DNA of 64,000 bases from Deltaproteobacteria bacterium (GCA_040218735.1 JAVJQW010000019.1:128001-192000); one strand, 5' to 3'; shown: positions 29,205 to 43,283, numbered from the stretch's first letter. Notes: a model not told the origin generated them from the sequence alone. Numbers and translations are program-made.

Positions 29205-32200
29205 TCACTCCAGCATCAGCACGTAGTCGAACGTGTCGCTCGACCGGTAACCCCGCACGCGGATGCGGTAGGTCCCGGCCGGTAGCACCCCCGCCTCGTT
29301 GCGGAAGATCGACGAGCAGAAGTTCGGTCCTCCGCTGTCGTCCGAAGCGAGCTGCGTCCCCATCGGATCGTAGATCTCGAGGATGGTGTCGACGCCGTTG
29401 CACTGGTCGCGCGCCCCGCCGTTCGTGTGCACACCGAGCCGCGAACCGGCGGGGAGCGTCACCGCGAACCAGTCCTCGTCACCCGCCGGCATGATGGCCC
29501 CGCCGACCGTCGCGATGCCCGAAGCCAACGACTGCGCCGCGCTCGACGTCGCGTTCGGCTCCATCTCCATCAGCTCGATCGCGCACGTCGCCGAGCAACC
29601 GTCGCCCGCCGTCGTGTTGCCGTCATCGCAGGTCTCCATCCCGGAGAGGTACATGTCGCCGCAGCCCGGCGTGAGGACGCGAACGTTGAGCTGGTACACC
29701 GCGGTGCTCACGCTCCCGCTCACCTCCAGGTAGTACGTCCCGCCAGAGAGGTTGCGCGCGAGGGTGTCGGCGCCGGGGGCGATGCGCCCGCAGCTATCCG
29801 GGCCGTCCTGGGAGTCACTCACGAGCTGCGTACCCGTGGGGCTCAACAGGCGCAGCGTCGAGTTCACCGGGCACCCGCCGTCGGGCGCCACGACCTCCGC
29901 GAACAGGTGCGAGCCGGCCGGGACGACGACGCTGTAGACGTCGTCGTCACCCGCCGTCGCGAGCGTGCCGAAGATCGTCGCGGACGTCCCGCCGGAGAGC
30001 AGCACGTCGGCCGTGCCGGTGGTCTCGTTCGGCTCGCTCTCGCCGGTGCCTTCGAACGCACACACCGCGGAGCAGCCGTCGCCGGCCATCGTGTTGCCGT
30101 CGTCGCAGGACTCGCCGCCGCTGACGAACCCGTCGCCGCAGACCGGCGCCTGGATCGCGACGTCGAGGATGTAGCTGTTGATCGTCGCGTTGTTTCCGTA
30201 CTCCTCGACGGTCACGTAGTACGTGCCCGCGGCGAGGTTGCGCACGGCGGTGTCCGTCGCGGGGTCGAGCAGCGAGCAGTAGCTCACGCCGTCGTCCGCG
30301 TCGTTCGCGATCTCGGTGGTGCGGTCCGGCGAAAAGACGCGGATGCGGGTGTCGATCGTGCACGTCGAAGGCGCCGAGCTGAGCGTCTCCGCGCGGATCG
30401 AGTGCCCCGCCGGCACGACGACCGCGTACCAGTCGACGTTGCCCGTCGGCATGATGCTCCCGGTGAACGATGCGCCCGTGCCCGAAGCGGTGCCGGCCGT
30501 CTCCCACTGGCAGGTGTCCGAGCAACCGTCGGCCGCGGTGGAGTTGCCGTCGTCGCACTGCTCGCCGGTCTCGACGGTGGAGTTACCGCAGAAGTTGGGG
30601 GTCACGGAGACGTCGAGGACGTAGCTCGACACCACCGTCGTCGCCGAGTAGCCGCGCACGCGGAGGTAGTAGGTGCCGGCGGTCATCATCGCGGCGAACG
30701 TGTCGTTTGCGGGGTTGATGAACGAGCAGTAGCCCTGCCCGCCGTCGTCGTCCGAGCCGATCAGGGTGGTGCCATCGGGAGCGTAGAGCTCGAGGAACGT
30801 GTCGCCGTTGCAGCCGCCCGAGCCGTCGGAGGTCTCGGCGCTGAGGTACGCGCCCTCCGTGACGACGACCGCGTACAGGTCCGTGTCGCCGGCCGGAGAG
30901 ATCGCGCCGTTCTGTGTGCCGCTCGGCGGGTTGAAGGTGCCGTCGACTTCGAGCTGGCACGTCGGCGAGCAACCGTCGCCGGCCGCGGTGTTGTTGTCGT
31001 CGCACAGCTCGCCCACGCCGGCTTCGAGGATGCCGTTGCCGCACATCGTCGGCGTCAGCGCGCCGCGCAGCTCGTAGGCCGCGATGGTGGAGTTCTGACC
31101 GTCCTCCTCGATCGCGATGTAGTAGCGCCCGGGCGCGAGCGCGCGCGCGCCGACGTCGTTGGTCGGGGACACGAGCGAGCAGCTCCCGACGCCGTCGAGG
31201 TCGTCGTTCACGAGCACGGTCGTCCCGTCGGACGCGTAGAGGCGCATCCGGGTGTCGACACCGCAGGAGCCGACGCCGCCCGAGGTCGTCTCGGCCGTGA
31301 CGTTGTAGCGCGCGCCGTTCGGGCCCGCCGGGACGTCGACGATGTAGAAGTCCCGGTCCGACGACGAAGCGATCGCTCCGAGCGCGATGGCCGAGAGGTT
31401 CGTCGAGGAGAGGAACGGTGACGCCTGCGCCGAGGTGTTGTTCGGCTCGATCTCGACCACGCCGGTGGTGAACGAGAAGAAGCCGGTCGGCGCGTTCGCG
31501 GGGAGCGAGGCGACGTTGATGTTCGTGGAGTTGTCCGCCGCCTCGAAGTAGTACTCGAGGCCGGGCGCCTGGACCGCAGCGGCCGGGAGCATCGCGGTGT
31601 ACGCGGGGCTGGAGCCGGAGAGCGCGAGGGTGTTCCACGTGGTCTGCCCGATGGTGCGGTAGCGGATGTCCGCGATGCTGATGCCCGAGCCGTCGACGAT
31701 GTCGACCGAGATGTTGAGCGCGGCGTTGGGGCGCTGACCGTTCACCAAGGGCGTGTGTGAGATCGTCGGGGGCGCGGTGTCGATCATGGAGACCGTGAAC
31801 GTGTACGGCGTCCCCGGCGCGCTCGTCGGGACGAGGCCGGTGTTCGCCGTGGGCGTCGCGGCGTCGGTCGCTTGAATGTAATACTCGACACCCGCGGTCT
31901 GAACGGCGGCGGCGGGGATCTGCGCGACGTGGGTCGTGGCGCCGCTCATCGAGACCGACGTGAACGAACCCGCGCCCTGCGTGCGGTAGAAGAGCGTGAC
32001 GGTGGCGACGCCGCTCGGGTCCGAGACGTCGGCGCTCACGGTGACGGCGTTGTTCTCGAGCTGCCCGTTCGACACCGGCGTGTGGACGATCGTCGGCGCG
32101 ATCCGGTCGATCGCCACCACCGAGAACGAGTGCACCGCGACCGGCGCCATCGCGGGCTCACGCGCGACGTTCGCCGGCGTCGCGTTGTCGGTGGCCTCGA

Positions 32201-33881
32201 TGTAGTAGTCCATGCTGGTCGGCAGCACGGCGGCGGCGGGGATCTGGACGGAGTAGGTCGCGCCCGAAGCCGTCATCTCGACGCTGGTGAACAGCGTGTC
32301 CTGCGAACGCTTGTAGTACAGCGTGACCTCCGACAGCCCGCTCGCGTCGGTGACGGCGGCGGTGACCATGACCGCGACGCCCTCTTGCTGGTCCTGCGGG
32401 ACCGCGGTGTGCGTGATCGTCGGCGCCTGCATGTCGTCGGGCTGCACCGTGATCGAATGCAGGTTGGCCGGCGCGCCCGGCGGGTTCGTCGCGGCGTTCG
32501 GCGTCGTCGCGGTGTCGTTCGCTCGAATGTAGTACTCGAGCCCCGGCAGCTGAACGGCGCTCGCGCCGACGGTCGCCTCATAGCGACCCGCACTCGCTTC
32601 GATCATCGTGACGGAGCTGAACGGCGTCGCCCCCTCGGTGCGGTAGAACAGCGTGACGGTGCCGACGGAGGAGTCGGCGTCACTCACCGTCGCGGCGAGC
32701 GGGACCGCGGTGCCCTCGGTGATCGGGCCCGTCGGCGGCGTGTGATCGATCGTCGGCGCCGTGGTGTCCGGCGTGCCCACGGTGATGGTCACGTCCTGCG
32801 TCGTCTCGCCCTGGCCGTTCTCCGCGACGAGTGTGAGCGTGACGGTCGCGTCCAACATGATCGCCGTGCTCCCCGACGGCGTGCGCGGGAAGGCGGCGAT
32901 CGGCGTACCGTCGCCGTGTAGGTCGACGGTGTCCGCGTCGGCGGTGTTCCAAGTGACCGTCACGTTGCCGGGCGCCGCGAGCGAAGTCGGCGTCACCGTG
33001 AACGTCACGATCTGGGGGCTGCCGGGCTCGAGGACCGTCACCGTGACCGTCGCGACGTCGCTCCCGACCTCGCCGTTCGCGACGAGCATGTACGTCGTGG
33101 TGTCGGTCGGCGTGATGGAGCGCGTGCCCGTCACCGGCCCGTTCATGAGGATGACGTTCTGCTGCGTGTCGGTGATCTCGACCGACGTCGCGTTCGACAC
33201 TTCCCAGGACAACGTCGTCGGCCCGCCGGTGGTCTGGCTGGGGTTGGCCTCGAACCGGACGACGGTCGGCTCGGTTCCGACGAAGACGTTGGTCGTGTCG
33301 CGCACCGGACCGCCTTTGCCCTCGGCGACGATCTCGTAGGTGGTGTTGGCGGTGGGGGTGACGGTGACCTCGCCGGTCGCCGCGGCGGCGGGGACGAGGA
33401 CGGCGCCGCCCTGCTCTTGGATCGTGACGGCGGTGGCGCCGGCCGTGCGCCAGCGGAGCGTGGCGGAGGCGCCGGGCGCGATGATGCCGGGGTCTGCGGT
33501 GAACTCGAGGATGGAGACCTCGCCGGTGCCGACGCTCACCACGACGGTGCGGCGGGTGTCGCCGGCTTCCGAGCTCGCGACGAGGGTGAACGTGGTGTCG
33601 CCGTCGAGCGGACCGACGGTGACTTCGCCGGAGAGGACGTCGGTGACGCCGAGCGCGTCCGGGGCGATGGAGACGACGTCGGCGTTACGCACCGCGTAGC
33701 GGAGGACCGTGGATTCACCCGGGGCGATCGTGGGGTTGTCCACCGTGAACGTGTCGATGATCGGGAAGCTCGCCGGCGGTTTGTCGTCGGGGGGCGGGAG
33801 GCGCTCCGGAGCCGGGCACGCCTGGACCGCCGCGGCGGCCAAGCAAAGCGCGAATGTCGTTCGAATCCTGAGGGTCCCCAT
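29205..33881 (-). CDS. Large surface lipoprotein with Ig-like repeats, Myxococcus Cys-rich (DUF4215-like) repeats and PPC-like domains
   Basis: Lipobox AAAVQAC; repeated PTIxHTP...TLFYRT...EYYIxAxD modules; CGNG..E.CDDxNTxAGDGCSxxC x4; ExEPN and DxDxY...DTxLxLYxxDGT...DDxGG modules. Confidence 0.85.
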   Translation of the reverse strand: MGTLRIRTTFALCLAAAAVQACPAPERLPPPDDKPPASFPIIDTFTVDNPTIAPGESTVLRYAVRNADVVSIAPDALGVTDVLSGEVTVGPLDGDTTFTLVASSEAGDTRRTVVVSVGTGEVSILEFTADPGIIAPGASATLRWRTAGATAVTIQEQGGAVLVPAAAATGEVTVTPTANTTYEIVAEGKGGPVRDTTNVFVGTEPTVVRFEANPSQTTGGPTTLSWEVSNATSVEITDTQQNVILMNGPVTGTRSITPTDTTTYMLVANGEVGSDVATVTVTVLEPGSPQIVTFTVTPTSLAAPGNVTVTWNTADADTVDLHGDGTPIAAFPRTPSGSTAIMLDATVTLTLVAENGQGETTQDVTITVGTPDTTAPTIDHTPPTGPITEGTAVPLAATVSDADSSVGTVTLFYRTEGATPFSSVTMIEASAGRYEATVGASAVQLPGLEYYIRANDTATTPNAATNPPGAPANLHSITVQPDDMQAPTITHTAVPQDQQEGVAVMVTAAVTDASGLSEVTLYYKRSQDTLFTSVEMTASGATYSVQIPAAAVLPTSMDYYIEATDNATPANVAREPAMAPVAVHSFSVVAIDRIAPTIVHTPVSNGQLENNAVTVSADVSDPSGVATVTLFYRTQGAGSFTSVSMSGATTHVAQIPAAAVQTAGVEYYIQATDAATPTANTGLVPTSAPGTPYTFTVSMIDTAPPTISHTPLVNGQRPNAALNISVDIVDGSGISIADIRYRTIGQTTWNTLALSGSSPAYTAMLPAAAVQAPGLEYYFEAADNSTNINVASLPANAPTGFFSFTTGVVEIEPNNTSAQASPFLSSTNLSAIALGAIASSSDRDFYIVDVPAGPNGARYNVTAETTSGGVGSCGVDTRMRLYASDGTTVLVNDDLDGVGSCSLVSPTNDVGARALAPGRYYIAIEEDGQNSTIAAYELRGALTPTMCGNGILEAGVGELCDDNNTAAGDGCSPTCQLEVDGTFNPPSGTQNGAISPAGDTDLYAVVVTEGAYLSAETSDGSGGCNGDTFLELYAPDGTTLIGSDDDGGQGYCSFINPANDTFAAMMTAGTYYLRVRGYSATTVVSSYVLDVSVTPNFCGNSTVETGEQCDDGNSTAADGCSDTCQWETAGTASGTGASFTGSIMPTGNVDWYAVVVPAGHSIRAETLSSAPSTCTIDTRIRVFSPDRTTEIANDADDGVSYCSLLDPATDTAVRNLAAGTYYVTVEEYGNNATINSYILDVAIQAPVCGDGFVSGGESCDDGNTMAGDGCSAVCAFEGTGESEPNETTGTADVLLSGGTSATIFGTLATAGDDDVYSVVVPAGSHLFAEVVAPDGGCPVNSTLRLLSPTGTQLVSDSQDGPDSCGRIAPGADTLARNLSGGTYYLEVSGSVSTAVYQLNVRVLTPGCGDMYLSGMETCDDGNTTAGDGCSATCAIELMEMEPNATSSAAQSLASGIATVGGAIMPAGDEDWFAVTLPAGSRLGVHTNGGARDQCNGVDTILEIYDPMGTQLASDDSGGPNFCSSIFRNEAGVLPAGTYRIRVRGYRSSDTFDYVLMLE

Positions 33882-33979
33882 CGCGTCGGTTATTACGTGC
33901 ACCACCGGTCGGATCTACCGCACCCCGGGACCCTTGGTCGGACATTTGACCGACATTTACCCCGAGATTGGATAGGTTG

Positions 33980-35524
33980 ATGGTGAGTCGGCCCGTGTTG
34001 TTCCCGTTCGCTCTCCTCCTCGCCGCCGCGCCCGAGCCACCGACGGCCATCGAACCCGCGATCTCGGCGCCCAAGGGGGCCTCGTGCGCGCTGTCGGTCC
34101 ACACCGATCCGTGCCGGAAGGGCGACTGCGAAGCGGGCGGGGGGACGACGCGCGTCGAGGTGCCGGCGGGTCGGTACCTCGTCTTCGCGCGGTGTGAGCT
34201 CGGAGACGCCGTGCTCGCGCCGCCGCCGGTCTCGGTGACGGTGAAGGCGGAGCAGGTCGCGCGCCCGAAGATCTTGGTCGAGCGCGCGCAGATGCGCCTG
34301 GAGTCGAGGCGTGGCGGCGTGCTGCTGCCCGCGCACGTCGACGTGTACCCGGCGAGGAGCAACTTCGAAGGGGAGTCGCTGGTCCGGCTCCCGTCGAACC
34401 GCACCGTGTCGATCGCTCCCGGGCGCTACGACCTGCTCGTGACCCTCGCCGATGACGACGCGCCGCGCGCGGAGGTCGCGCTTCGGAACGTCACGGTCAC
34501 CGCGAAGAGGAAGGCGGTGTTCTCGACGGACCTGTCGGACGGCGGCGTGGTCGTGCGCGCGCGGTGCGACGGCCGAACCGCCGAGGCCGCGGTCCGGGCG
34601 TTCATCGCGGGGCGGGAGCGCGACGTCGGGAGTGTCACGTCGGGGGAGGAGCTGCGGCTGCCGCCGGGGCGGTACCGCATCGACACGGAGCTGCTGTCGA
34701 GCTTCGACTACGCGACGAACCGTAAGGACGTCTGGATCCAGCCGGGTCGAACGCAGAAGATCACGGAGGCGTTCACGACGGGGGAGTTGGCGGTCTCGGT
34801 GACGGCCGACGGCGCCGCGGTGCCCGCGACGGTGCGCATCTCGCGGCCGGGCGCGGCGGACTTCTTCAACTACTTCGAAGCGCCCGGGCCGGTGACACTC
34901 TCGCCGGGGCGTTACACGGTCGCGATCGACGCGGCCGCAGCGGGACCGCTCGGGGAGCAACGCCGCGACGTGGAGGTGCGGCGCAAGCGCACGACGAAGG
35001 AGCGCATCGACTTCACGCGCGCGACGCTGGTCGTTCGGGTGGTGAAGAACGGTCGACCGGTGGGGTTCGCGGAGGTGCGTGTCCACGGAGCGGGTGGCGG
35101 TGACGCGGTGAAGCCGCAGGCGGACGGTGCGTTTCGTTTGTGGCCGGGGCGTTACGAGATCACGGCGAAGCTCGAGTCGGGGGCGACGCTCACCGACGGG
35201 CCGTTCGATGTCGCGCTCGGCGAGAAGGTCACGCGCCAGCTCGCCTTCGACCGCGCGTTCCTCACGGTGCGCGCGCGCCGAGGATCGACCGCGGTGTCGG
35301 CGACGGTGTTCGTCTACAAACACGGCGCGACGAAGCCCCTGGCCGAGGGCCCGACGGACGTCCGCATCGAGGTCCGCCCGGGCGTCTACGACCTGAAGGT
35401 CGTCGCGGGGCCCGACTCACGTTGGCAGCAGAACGTGAAGATCGACGACTCGAAGACGGTCACGATCGACCTCCCGGAGGAAGCGGAAGCCGAGCTCCCG
35501 GAGGGCGACGCCGAGCCGGAGTGA
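33980..35524 (+). CDS. Secreted protein with repeated beta-sandwich (PEGA/carboxypeptidase-regulatory-like) modules
   Basis: Signal peptide; PxGRY/PGxY motif repeated about six times. Confidence 0.65.
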   Translation: MVSRPVLFPFALLLAAAPEPPTAIEPAISAPKGASCALSVHTDPCRKGDCEAGGGTTRVEVPAGRYLVFARCELGDAVLAPPPVSVTVKAEQVARPKILVERAQMRLESRRGGVLLPAHVDVYPARSNFEGESLVRLPSNRTVSIAPGRYDLLVTLADDDAPRAEVALRNVTVTAKRKAVFSTDLSDGGVVVRARCDGRTAEAAVRAFIAGRERDVGSVTSGEELRLPPGRYRIDTELLSSFDYATNRKDVWIQPGRTQKITEAFTTGELAVSVTADGAAVPATVRISRPGAADFFNYFEAPGPVTLSPGRYTVAIDAAAAGPLGEQRRDVEVRRKRTTKERIDFTRATLVVRVVKNGRPVGFAEVRVHGAGGGDAVKPQADGAFRLWPGRYEITAKLESGATLTDGPFDVALGEKVTRQLAFDRAFLTVRARRGSTAVSATVFVYKHGATKPLAEGPTDVRIEVRPGVYDLKVVAGPDSRWQQNVKIDDSKTVTIDLPEEAEAELPEGDAEPE

Positions 35525-35525
35525 C

Positions 35526-36626
35526 TCACCCGCCGATGCGGGACATGTCGACGCCGTGGTGGCGGTCGACGCCGTCCACGTAGAACTCGTGGCCGTCGCC
35601 CTTGCCGAACAGCGACTGGCTGACGGCTTCGAGGAGGCCGTCGTCGGTGCGGCCGTCGCGCAGGAGCGTGCGGAGCGGGAGGCCCGACGGCGACGCGAGG
35701 CACGCCCGGATCTCGCCGCGCGCCGTGATGCGGACGCGGTTGCAGCGATGGCAGAAGTTCTCCGTCACCGCGCCGATGAAGCCGACGCGTCGGCCGCTGC
35801 CGTCCGCGGCTTCGACGTAGCCGGCCGGGCCGCGATCCATGCGGTAGGTCGGGTCGTTCTCGTTCGCGAGTAGGCCGACGAGCGACCGCTTCATCTCGGC
35901 GACCGGGACGACGGCGTCTGCGCCGAGGCGCGCGCCTTCGCCGAGGGGCATCAGCTCGATGAAGCGCGGGACGATGCCGCGCGCCCACGCCCACTCGACG
36001 TTCTCGGCGAGCACGTCGTCGTTTGCGCCGCGCACGACGACGGCGTTGGTCTTCATCTCGGTGACGCCGGCTTCGAGCGCCGCGTCGATGCCACGAACGA
36101 CGCGGGTGAGATCTCCGCCGCGGGTCATCTTCGCGAACCGATCCGGGTCCACGCTGTCGAGGGACACGTTGATGCGCGAGAGCCCCGCGTCGATCAGCGG
36201 GCGCGCGAGGTGGTCGAGCGCGGTGGCGTTGGTGGTCAGCGCGATGTCCTGGATCCCGGCGTCTTCCCGGAGCATCCGCACGAGGTCCGCGAGGTTCTTG
36301 CGGATGAGCGGCTCACCGCCGGTCAGGCGAATGGTCTCGACGCCGAGGCGCGCGAACACCCGCGCGACGCGGACGATCTCCTCGAACGAGAGCACGTCTT
36401 CGCGCGGCGACGCGGGCACGCCCTCCTCGGGCATGCAGTAGGTGCAGCGCAGGTCGCAGCGGTCGGTGACCGAGAGCCGCAGATACCGCAGGCGACGGCC
36501 CTGGCGATCGGCGAGCCAGCCCGGATACCCGACGGTGCCCCGCGCGGCGAGCGGCACGGGATCGGCGGTCGCGTCCGTGGGGAGGGGCGCGTCGGTGTCC
36601 CCACAGATGATCGGGAGGCGGCTCAC
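35526..36626 (-). CDS. moaA: GTP 3',8-cyclase MoaA
   Basis: YLRLSVTDRCDLRCTYCMP, RLTGGEP, NFCHRCNRVR, C-terminal MSRIGG. Confidence 0.95.
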   Translation of the reverse strand: MSRLPIICGDTDAPLPTDATADPVPLAARGTVGYPGWLADRQGRRLRYLRLSVTDRCDLRCTYCMPEEGVPASPREDVLSFEEIVRVARVFARLGVETIRLTGGEPLIRKNLADLVRMLREDAGIQDIALTTNATALDHLARPLIDAGLSRINVSLDSVDPDRFAKMTRGGDLTRVVRGIDAALEAGVTEMKTNAVVVRGANDDVLAENVEWAWARGIVPRFIELMPLGEGARLGADAVVPVAEMKRSLVGLLANENDPTYRMDRGPAGYVEAADGSGRRVGFIGAVTENFCHRCNRVRITARGEIRACLASPSGLPLRTLLRDGRTDDGLLEAVSQSLFGKGDGHEFYVDGVDRHHGVDMSRIGG

Positions 36627-36721
36627 GGGCGGAAGCGAGCCTACGCGGATGAAATCGACAACGCTACCTGTTCGATCCCCGTTGACACGGCGCGTAACGC
36701 CGGGAGGGATCGACGAAAGCC

Positions 36722-37897
36722 ATGGCCGCGATGAACAAAGACACGCTGATCGAGCAGACGAAGGCCCGCATCCAGGAGGCCTCCGTCGAAGAGGTCCGAA
36801 CGCGCCTCGAGGCGAACCCCAACGTGGTCCTGGTGGACGTGCGGGAAGCGGACGAGGTCGCGACGGGGATCATCGCCGGCGCCAAACACATCCCGCGCGG
36901 GTTCTTGGAGCTGCGCATCGAGAACGTCGAGCGCAACCGCGACGCCGAGATGGTCGTGTACTGCGCGGGCGGGACGCGCAGCGCGCTCGCGGTGCGGTCG
37001 CTCGAGGAGCTCGGCTACACGAACGTGACCTCGATGAAGGGCGGCTTCAACGGCTGGAAGAACGCGGGGTTCCCGTGGAAGGTCGAGGAGCAGCTCTCCC
37101 CCAACCAGAAGATCCGCTACTCGCGGCACCTGCTCCTCCCCGAGGTCGGTGAAGAGGGCCAAAAGAAGCTCCTCGACGCGAAGGTCCTGCTCGTCGGCGC
37201 GGGCGGGCTCGGGTCCCCGTCGGCGTTCTATCTCGCCGCGGCGGGGATCGGGCACATCGGGATCGTCGACCCGGACGTCGTCGACTTCTCGAACCTGCAG
37301 CGTCAGATCCTGCACCGCGACGCGGACGCGGGGGTCCCGAAGGTCGACAGCGCCGAGCGCGCGATGAAGGACCTGAACCCGGACATCAAGGTCACGAAGT
37401 ACCAGGACCTGCTGACGTCGCAGAACATCATGCAGATCCTCGACGAGGGCTACCAGATCGTCGTCGACGGCTGCGACAACTTCCAGACGCGCTACCTGAT
37501 CAACGACGCGTGTGTCTTCCGCGGCATCCCGAACGTGCACGGATCGATCTTCCAGTTCGAGGGCCAAGCCTCGGTCTTCGCGCCGAGCCTCGGCGGCCCC
37601 TGCTACCGCTGCCTCTACCCCGAGCCGCCGCCGCCCGGGATGGCGCCGAGCTGCGCGGAGGCGGGTGTGATCGGCGCGCTGCCGGGGATCGTCGGGACGA
37701 TCCAGGCGATGGAGACGATCAAGATCATCCTCGGCGAGGGCAACCCGCTCGCCGGTCGACTGCTCCAGTTCGACGCGCTGGAGATGAAGTGGCGCGAGCT
37801 CAAGCTGCACCGCGACCCGAGCTGCCCCGTGTGCGGCGAGAAGCCGACGGTGACCGAGCTGATCGACTACGAGGCCTTCTGCCAAGTGAACGCGTGA
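36722..37897 (+). CDS. moeB: Molybdopterin-synthase adenylyltransferase MoeB with N-terminal rhodanese domain
   Basis: Rhodanese DVRE...YCAGGTRS; ThiF/MoeB RYSRHLLLPEVG, GAGGLGSP, SNLQRQ, PCYRCLYP, CPVC; divergent from moaA. Confidence 0.92.
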   Translation: MAAMNKDTLIEQTKARIQEASVEEVRTRLEANPNVVLVDVREADEVATGIIAGAKHIPRGFLELRIENVERNRDAEMVVYCAGGTRSALAVRSLEELGYTNVTSMKGGFNGWKNAGFPWKVEEQLSPNQKIRYSRHLLLPEVGEEGQKKLLDAKVLLVGAGGLGSPSAFYLAAAGIGHIGIVDPDVVDFSNLQRQILHRDADAGVPKVDSAERAMKDLNPDIKVTKYQDLLTSQNIMQILDEGYQIVVDGCDNFQTRYLINDACVFRGIPNVHGSIFQFEGQASVFAPSLGGPCYRCLYPEPPPPGMAPSCAEAGVIGALPGIVGTIQAMETIKIILGEGNPLAGRLLQFDALEMKWRELKLHRDPSCPVCGEKPTVTELIDYEAFCQVNA

Positions 37898-37908
37898 TAT
37901 CCTGAGGC

Positions 37909-38472
37909 ATGGTCGAGCCGGGCCAACGGAGGGCGACGTACCAGGATGTCCTGGACGCACCACCGAATCAGATCGCGCAGGTCGTGGACGGAGAGCTGTG
38001 GCTTCAGCCACGGCCGAACGTCGGGCACGCCAATGCCGCGACCGAGCTGACCACCCAGATTCGCGCAGCCTTCGGTCGCCGCCACCACGGGCACGGTGGG
38101 TGGCACATCCTGTTCGAGCCCGAGCTTCACCTCTCGGGCAACATCCTCGTACCGGACGTCGCGGGCTGGCGGCGGGAGTCCGTCGCGGAGCTCGACCGCG
38201 TCGCTGCCTACTTCGACACGCGCCCCGACTGGGTCTGCGAGATCCTCTCCCCCTCCACGCAGGTCCTCGATCGCTCCCGCAAGATGGACTTGTATGCCGC
38301 GGAAGGCGTGGGCCACCTCTGGTTCGTCGACCCCGCGGCGAAGATGCTCGAGGCGTACCAACGCAGCGCCGACGGCTGGCTCCGCCTCGGCACCTGGTCG
38401 GAAGACGCCACCCCCCACGTCGCCCCGTTCGACGCCCTCGATCTCGAGCTCGCCCTCCTCTGGGAGGATTGA
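37909..38472 (+). CDS. Uma2 (DUF820) family endonuclease-like protein
   Basis: ILFEPELHL, VPDVAGWRRE, PDWVCEILSPST, KMDLYAAEGVGHLWFVDP. Confidence 0.9.
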   Translation: MVEPGQRRATYQDVLDAPPNQIAQVVDGELWLQPRPNVGHANAATELTTQIRAAFGRRHHGHGGWHILFEPELHLSGNILVPDVAGWRRESVAELDRVAAYFDTRPDWVCEILSPSTQVLDRSRKMDLYAAEGVGHLWFVDPAAKMLEAYQRSADGWLRLGTWSEDATPHVAPFDALDLELALLWED

Positions 38473-38474
38473 GT

Positions 38475-41685
<3,211 letters not shown>

Positions 41686-41777
41686 TCAAGCTACCACGGA
41701 GGCACCACGCTCGGAAGGGAAAAGTAGCTTGAGCGCCGCGGACTTAGAGCCAAGAATGCGACGCCGAGAACGCCCGG

Positions 41778-43283
41778 ATGATCCCCCCTTCGCACCCTCG
41801 ATCCGGCCTCCTCGATCCCGTCCTCGGACTCGCCGCGATCGCCGCCGTCGCCGCCCACGCGTGGATGCTCTTCGTCGGCCGCTACCTCCCCTTCATCGAC
41901 TGGTCGAATCACCTCGGGCTCATCGCGATCCTCGCTCACGGCGGCGACGCCCTCACCTTCGCCGAGCGCTCCTTCGCCCCGACGCCGTACTGGCTCTTCT
42001 ACATGACCACCGCCGCCTTCGCGCAGGTCGTCTCGGTCGAGGCCGCCGCGAAGCTCACCTTCCTCGCCGCCACCGCCGCCACCACCCTCGCCACCGCCGA
42101 CCTCGCACGCACCTGCGGACGGGATCCCCGCATCGCCGCCATCGCCCCGCTCGCGATGTTCTCGGTCGCGCTCGGCTACGGGTTCGCCGCGTGGGTCTGC
42201 GGCGTGTGGACCGTGCCGCTTGTCCTCGCCGCCGTCGAACGCGCGCTCGACGCGCCGACCCGAACACGAACCGCGCTCCTCGCCGCGGCCTGGACCACCT
42301 GCTTCCTCGCGCACGCGCTCCTCTTCCTGTTCGTCTCCGTCGCGCTCACGCTCCGGGTCGTCGTCGACCTGCTCGGCCGCGGCCGCAGCGAAGCCGCCGG
42401 CCGCCTCCGCGCGGTCGCCGTCGCCGCGGCCCCCGCGTTCCTCGTCGGCCTGGTCACCGTCGCGCGCCTCGAACCCGGGTCCTCACCGACCCAGTGGGCG
42501 CACTTCGAACCGACGGCCTGGTCCCTCGCGCGCCTCGGCAGCGACCTCCTCCAGCGCGGCGACGACCGCCACGTCTACACGATGCTCGCCGCCCTCGCGT
42601 GGTGGATCGGGTTGCTGTTCCTCGGCGCGCGACAACGACGACACGCCCGCCGCGGCACGGTCGCCCTCGCGCTGTACGCCGGGCTCGCCGGCGGCCTCTA
42701 CGCCTTCGGCCCGATGACCCTCGAACACCCCGTCGAAGTCTGGATGCTCGCCCCGCGCTTCGGCGCGATCGCCGCGCTGTTCCTCTTCCTCCTCCCCACC
42801 GCCTCGCTCCGTTCCCGCGCCGGCCTGATCTGGGTCGGCGCCGCGCTCGCGTTGCTCTTCGCCAACGCCGCGCTCAACCGCCAGATGATCGCGAAGTTCG
42901 ATCGCATCGGCCAGCGCTACGATCCGGTGCGAAGGCACATCCCGCGCGGCGCAACCTACCTTGCGCTCACGCTCGTCCCGCCGGGCGACCTCGCGACCTA
43001 CCACCCCGCCGTGCAGTCGCTCTTCTTCCACCACCTCTGCGACGGCGCCGCGTACACCGCCTACCTCTTCGACAACCCCCTGCACCCCGTTCGCCCGAAA
43101 CAACCGCGGCCCCCCGCGCCCCCCTGGCGCGACGTCGCGAGCTACGCCCCGGACGTGCACGGCGTCGCGTACGACTTCCTCGTGTTGCGCGGCGCGCTCC
43201 TCGTCGAGCGTACGAAGGACGCGGGCCGCCACCGCCTCGTCGCCGAGGAGAACGGCTGGTTCGTGTTCGAGACGGTGCGCTGA
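41778..43283 (+). CDS. Polytopic membrane protein (possible GT-C glycosyltransferase-like)
   Basis: About 10 hydrophobic segments; first-loop YLPFIDWSNH and TPYW motifs; C-terminal soluble domain. Confidence 0.65.
   Translation: MIPPSHPRSGLLDPVLGLAAIAAVAAHAWMLFVGRYLPFIDWSNHLGLIAILAHGGDALTFAERSFAPTPYWLFYMTTAAFAQVVSVEAAAKLTFLAATAATTLATADLARTCGRDPRIAAIAPLAMFSVALGYGFAAWVCGVWTVPLVLAAVERALDAPTRTRTALLAAAWTTCFLAHALLFLFVSVALTLRVVVDLLGRGRSEAAGRLRAVAVAAAPAFLVGLVTVARLEPGSSPTQWAHFEPTAWSLARLGSDLLQRGDDRHVYTMLAALAWWIGLLFLGARQRRHARRGTVALALYAGLAGGLYAFGPMTLEHPVEVWMLAPRFGAIAALFLFLLPTASLRSRAGLIWVGAALALLFANAALNRQMIAKFDRIGQRYDPVRRHIPRGATYLALTLVPPGDLATYHPAVQSLFFHHLCDGAAYTAYLFDNPLHPVRPKQPRPPAPPWRDVASYAPDVHGVAYDFLVLRGALLVERTKDAGRHRLVAEENGWFVFETVR

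Noticed and set aside
37909-38472. Uma2 endonuclease as part of a defence or toxin system
   Set aside because: Uma2/DUF820 genes are abundant stand-alone paralogs in myxobacteria, and no partner gene is adjacent.
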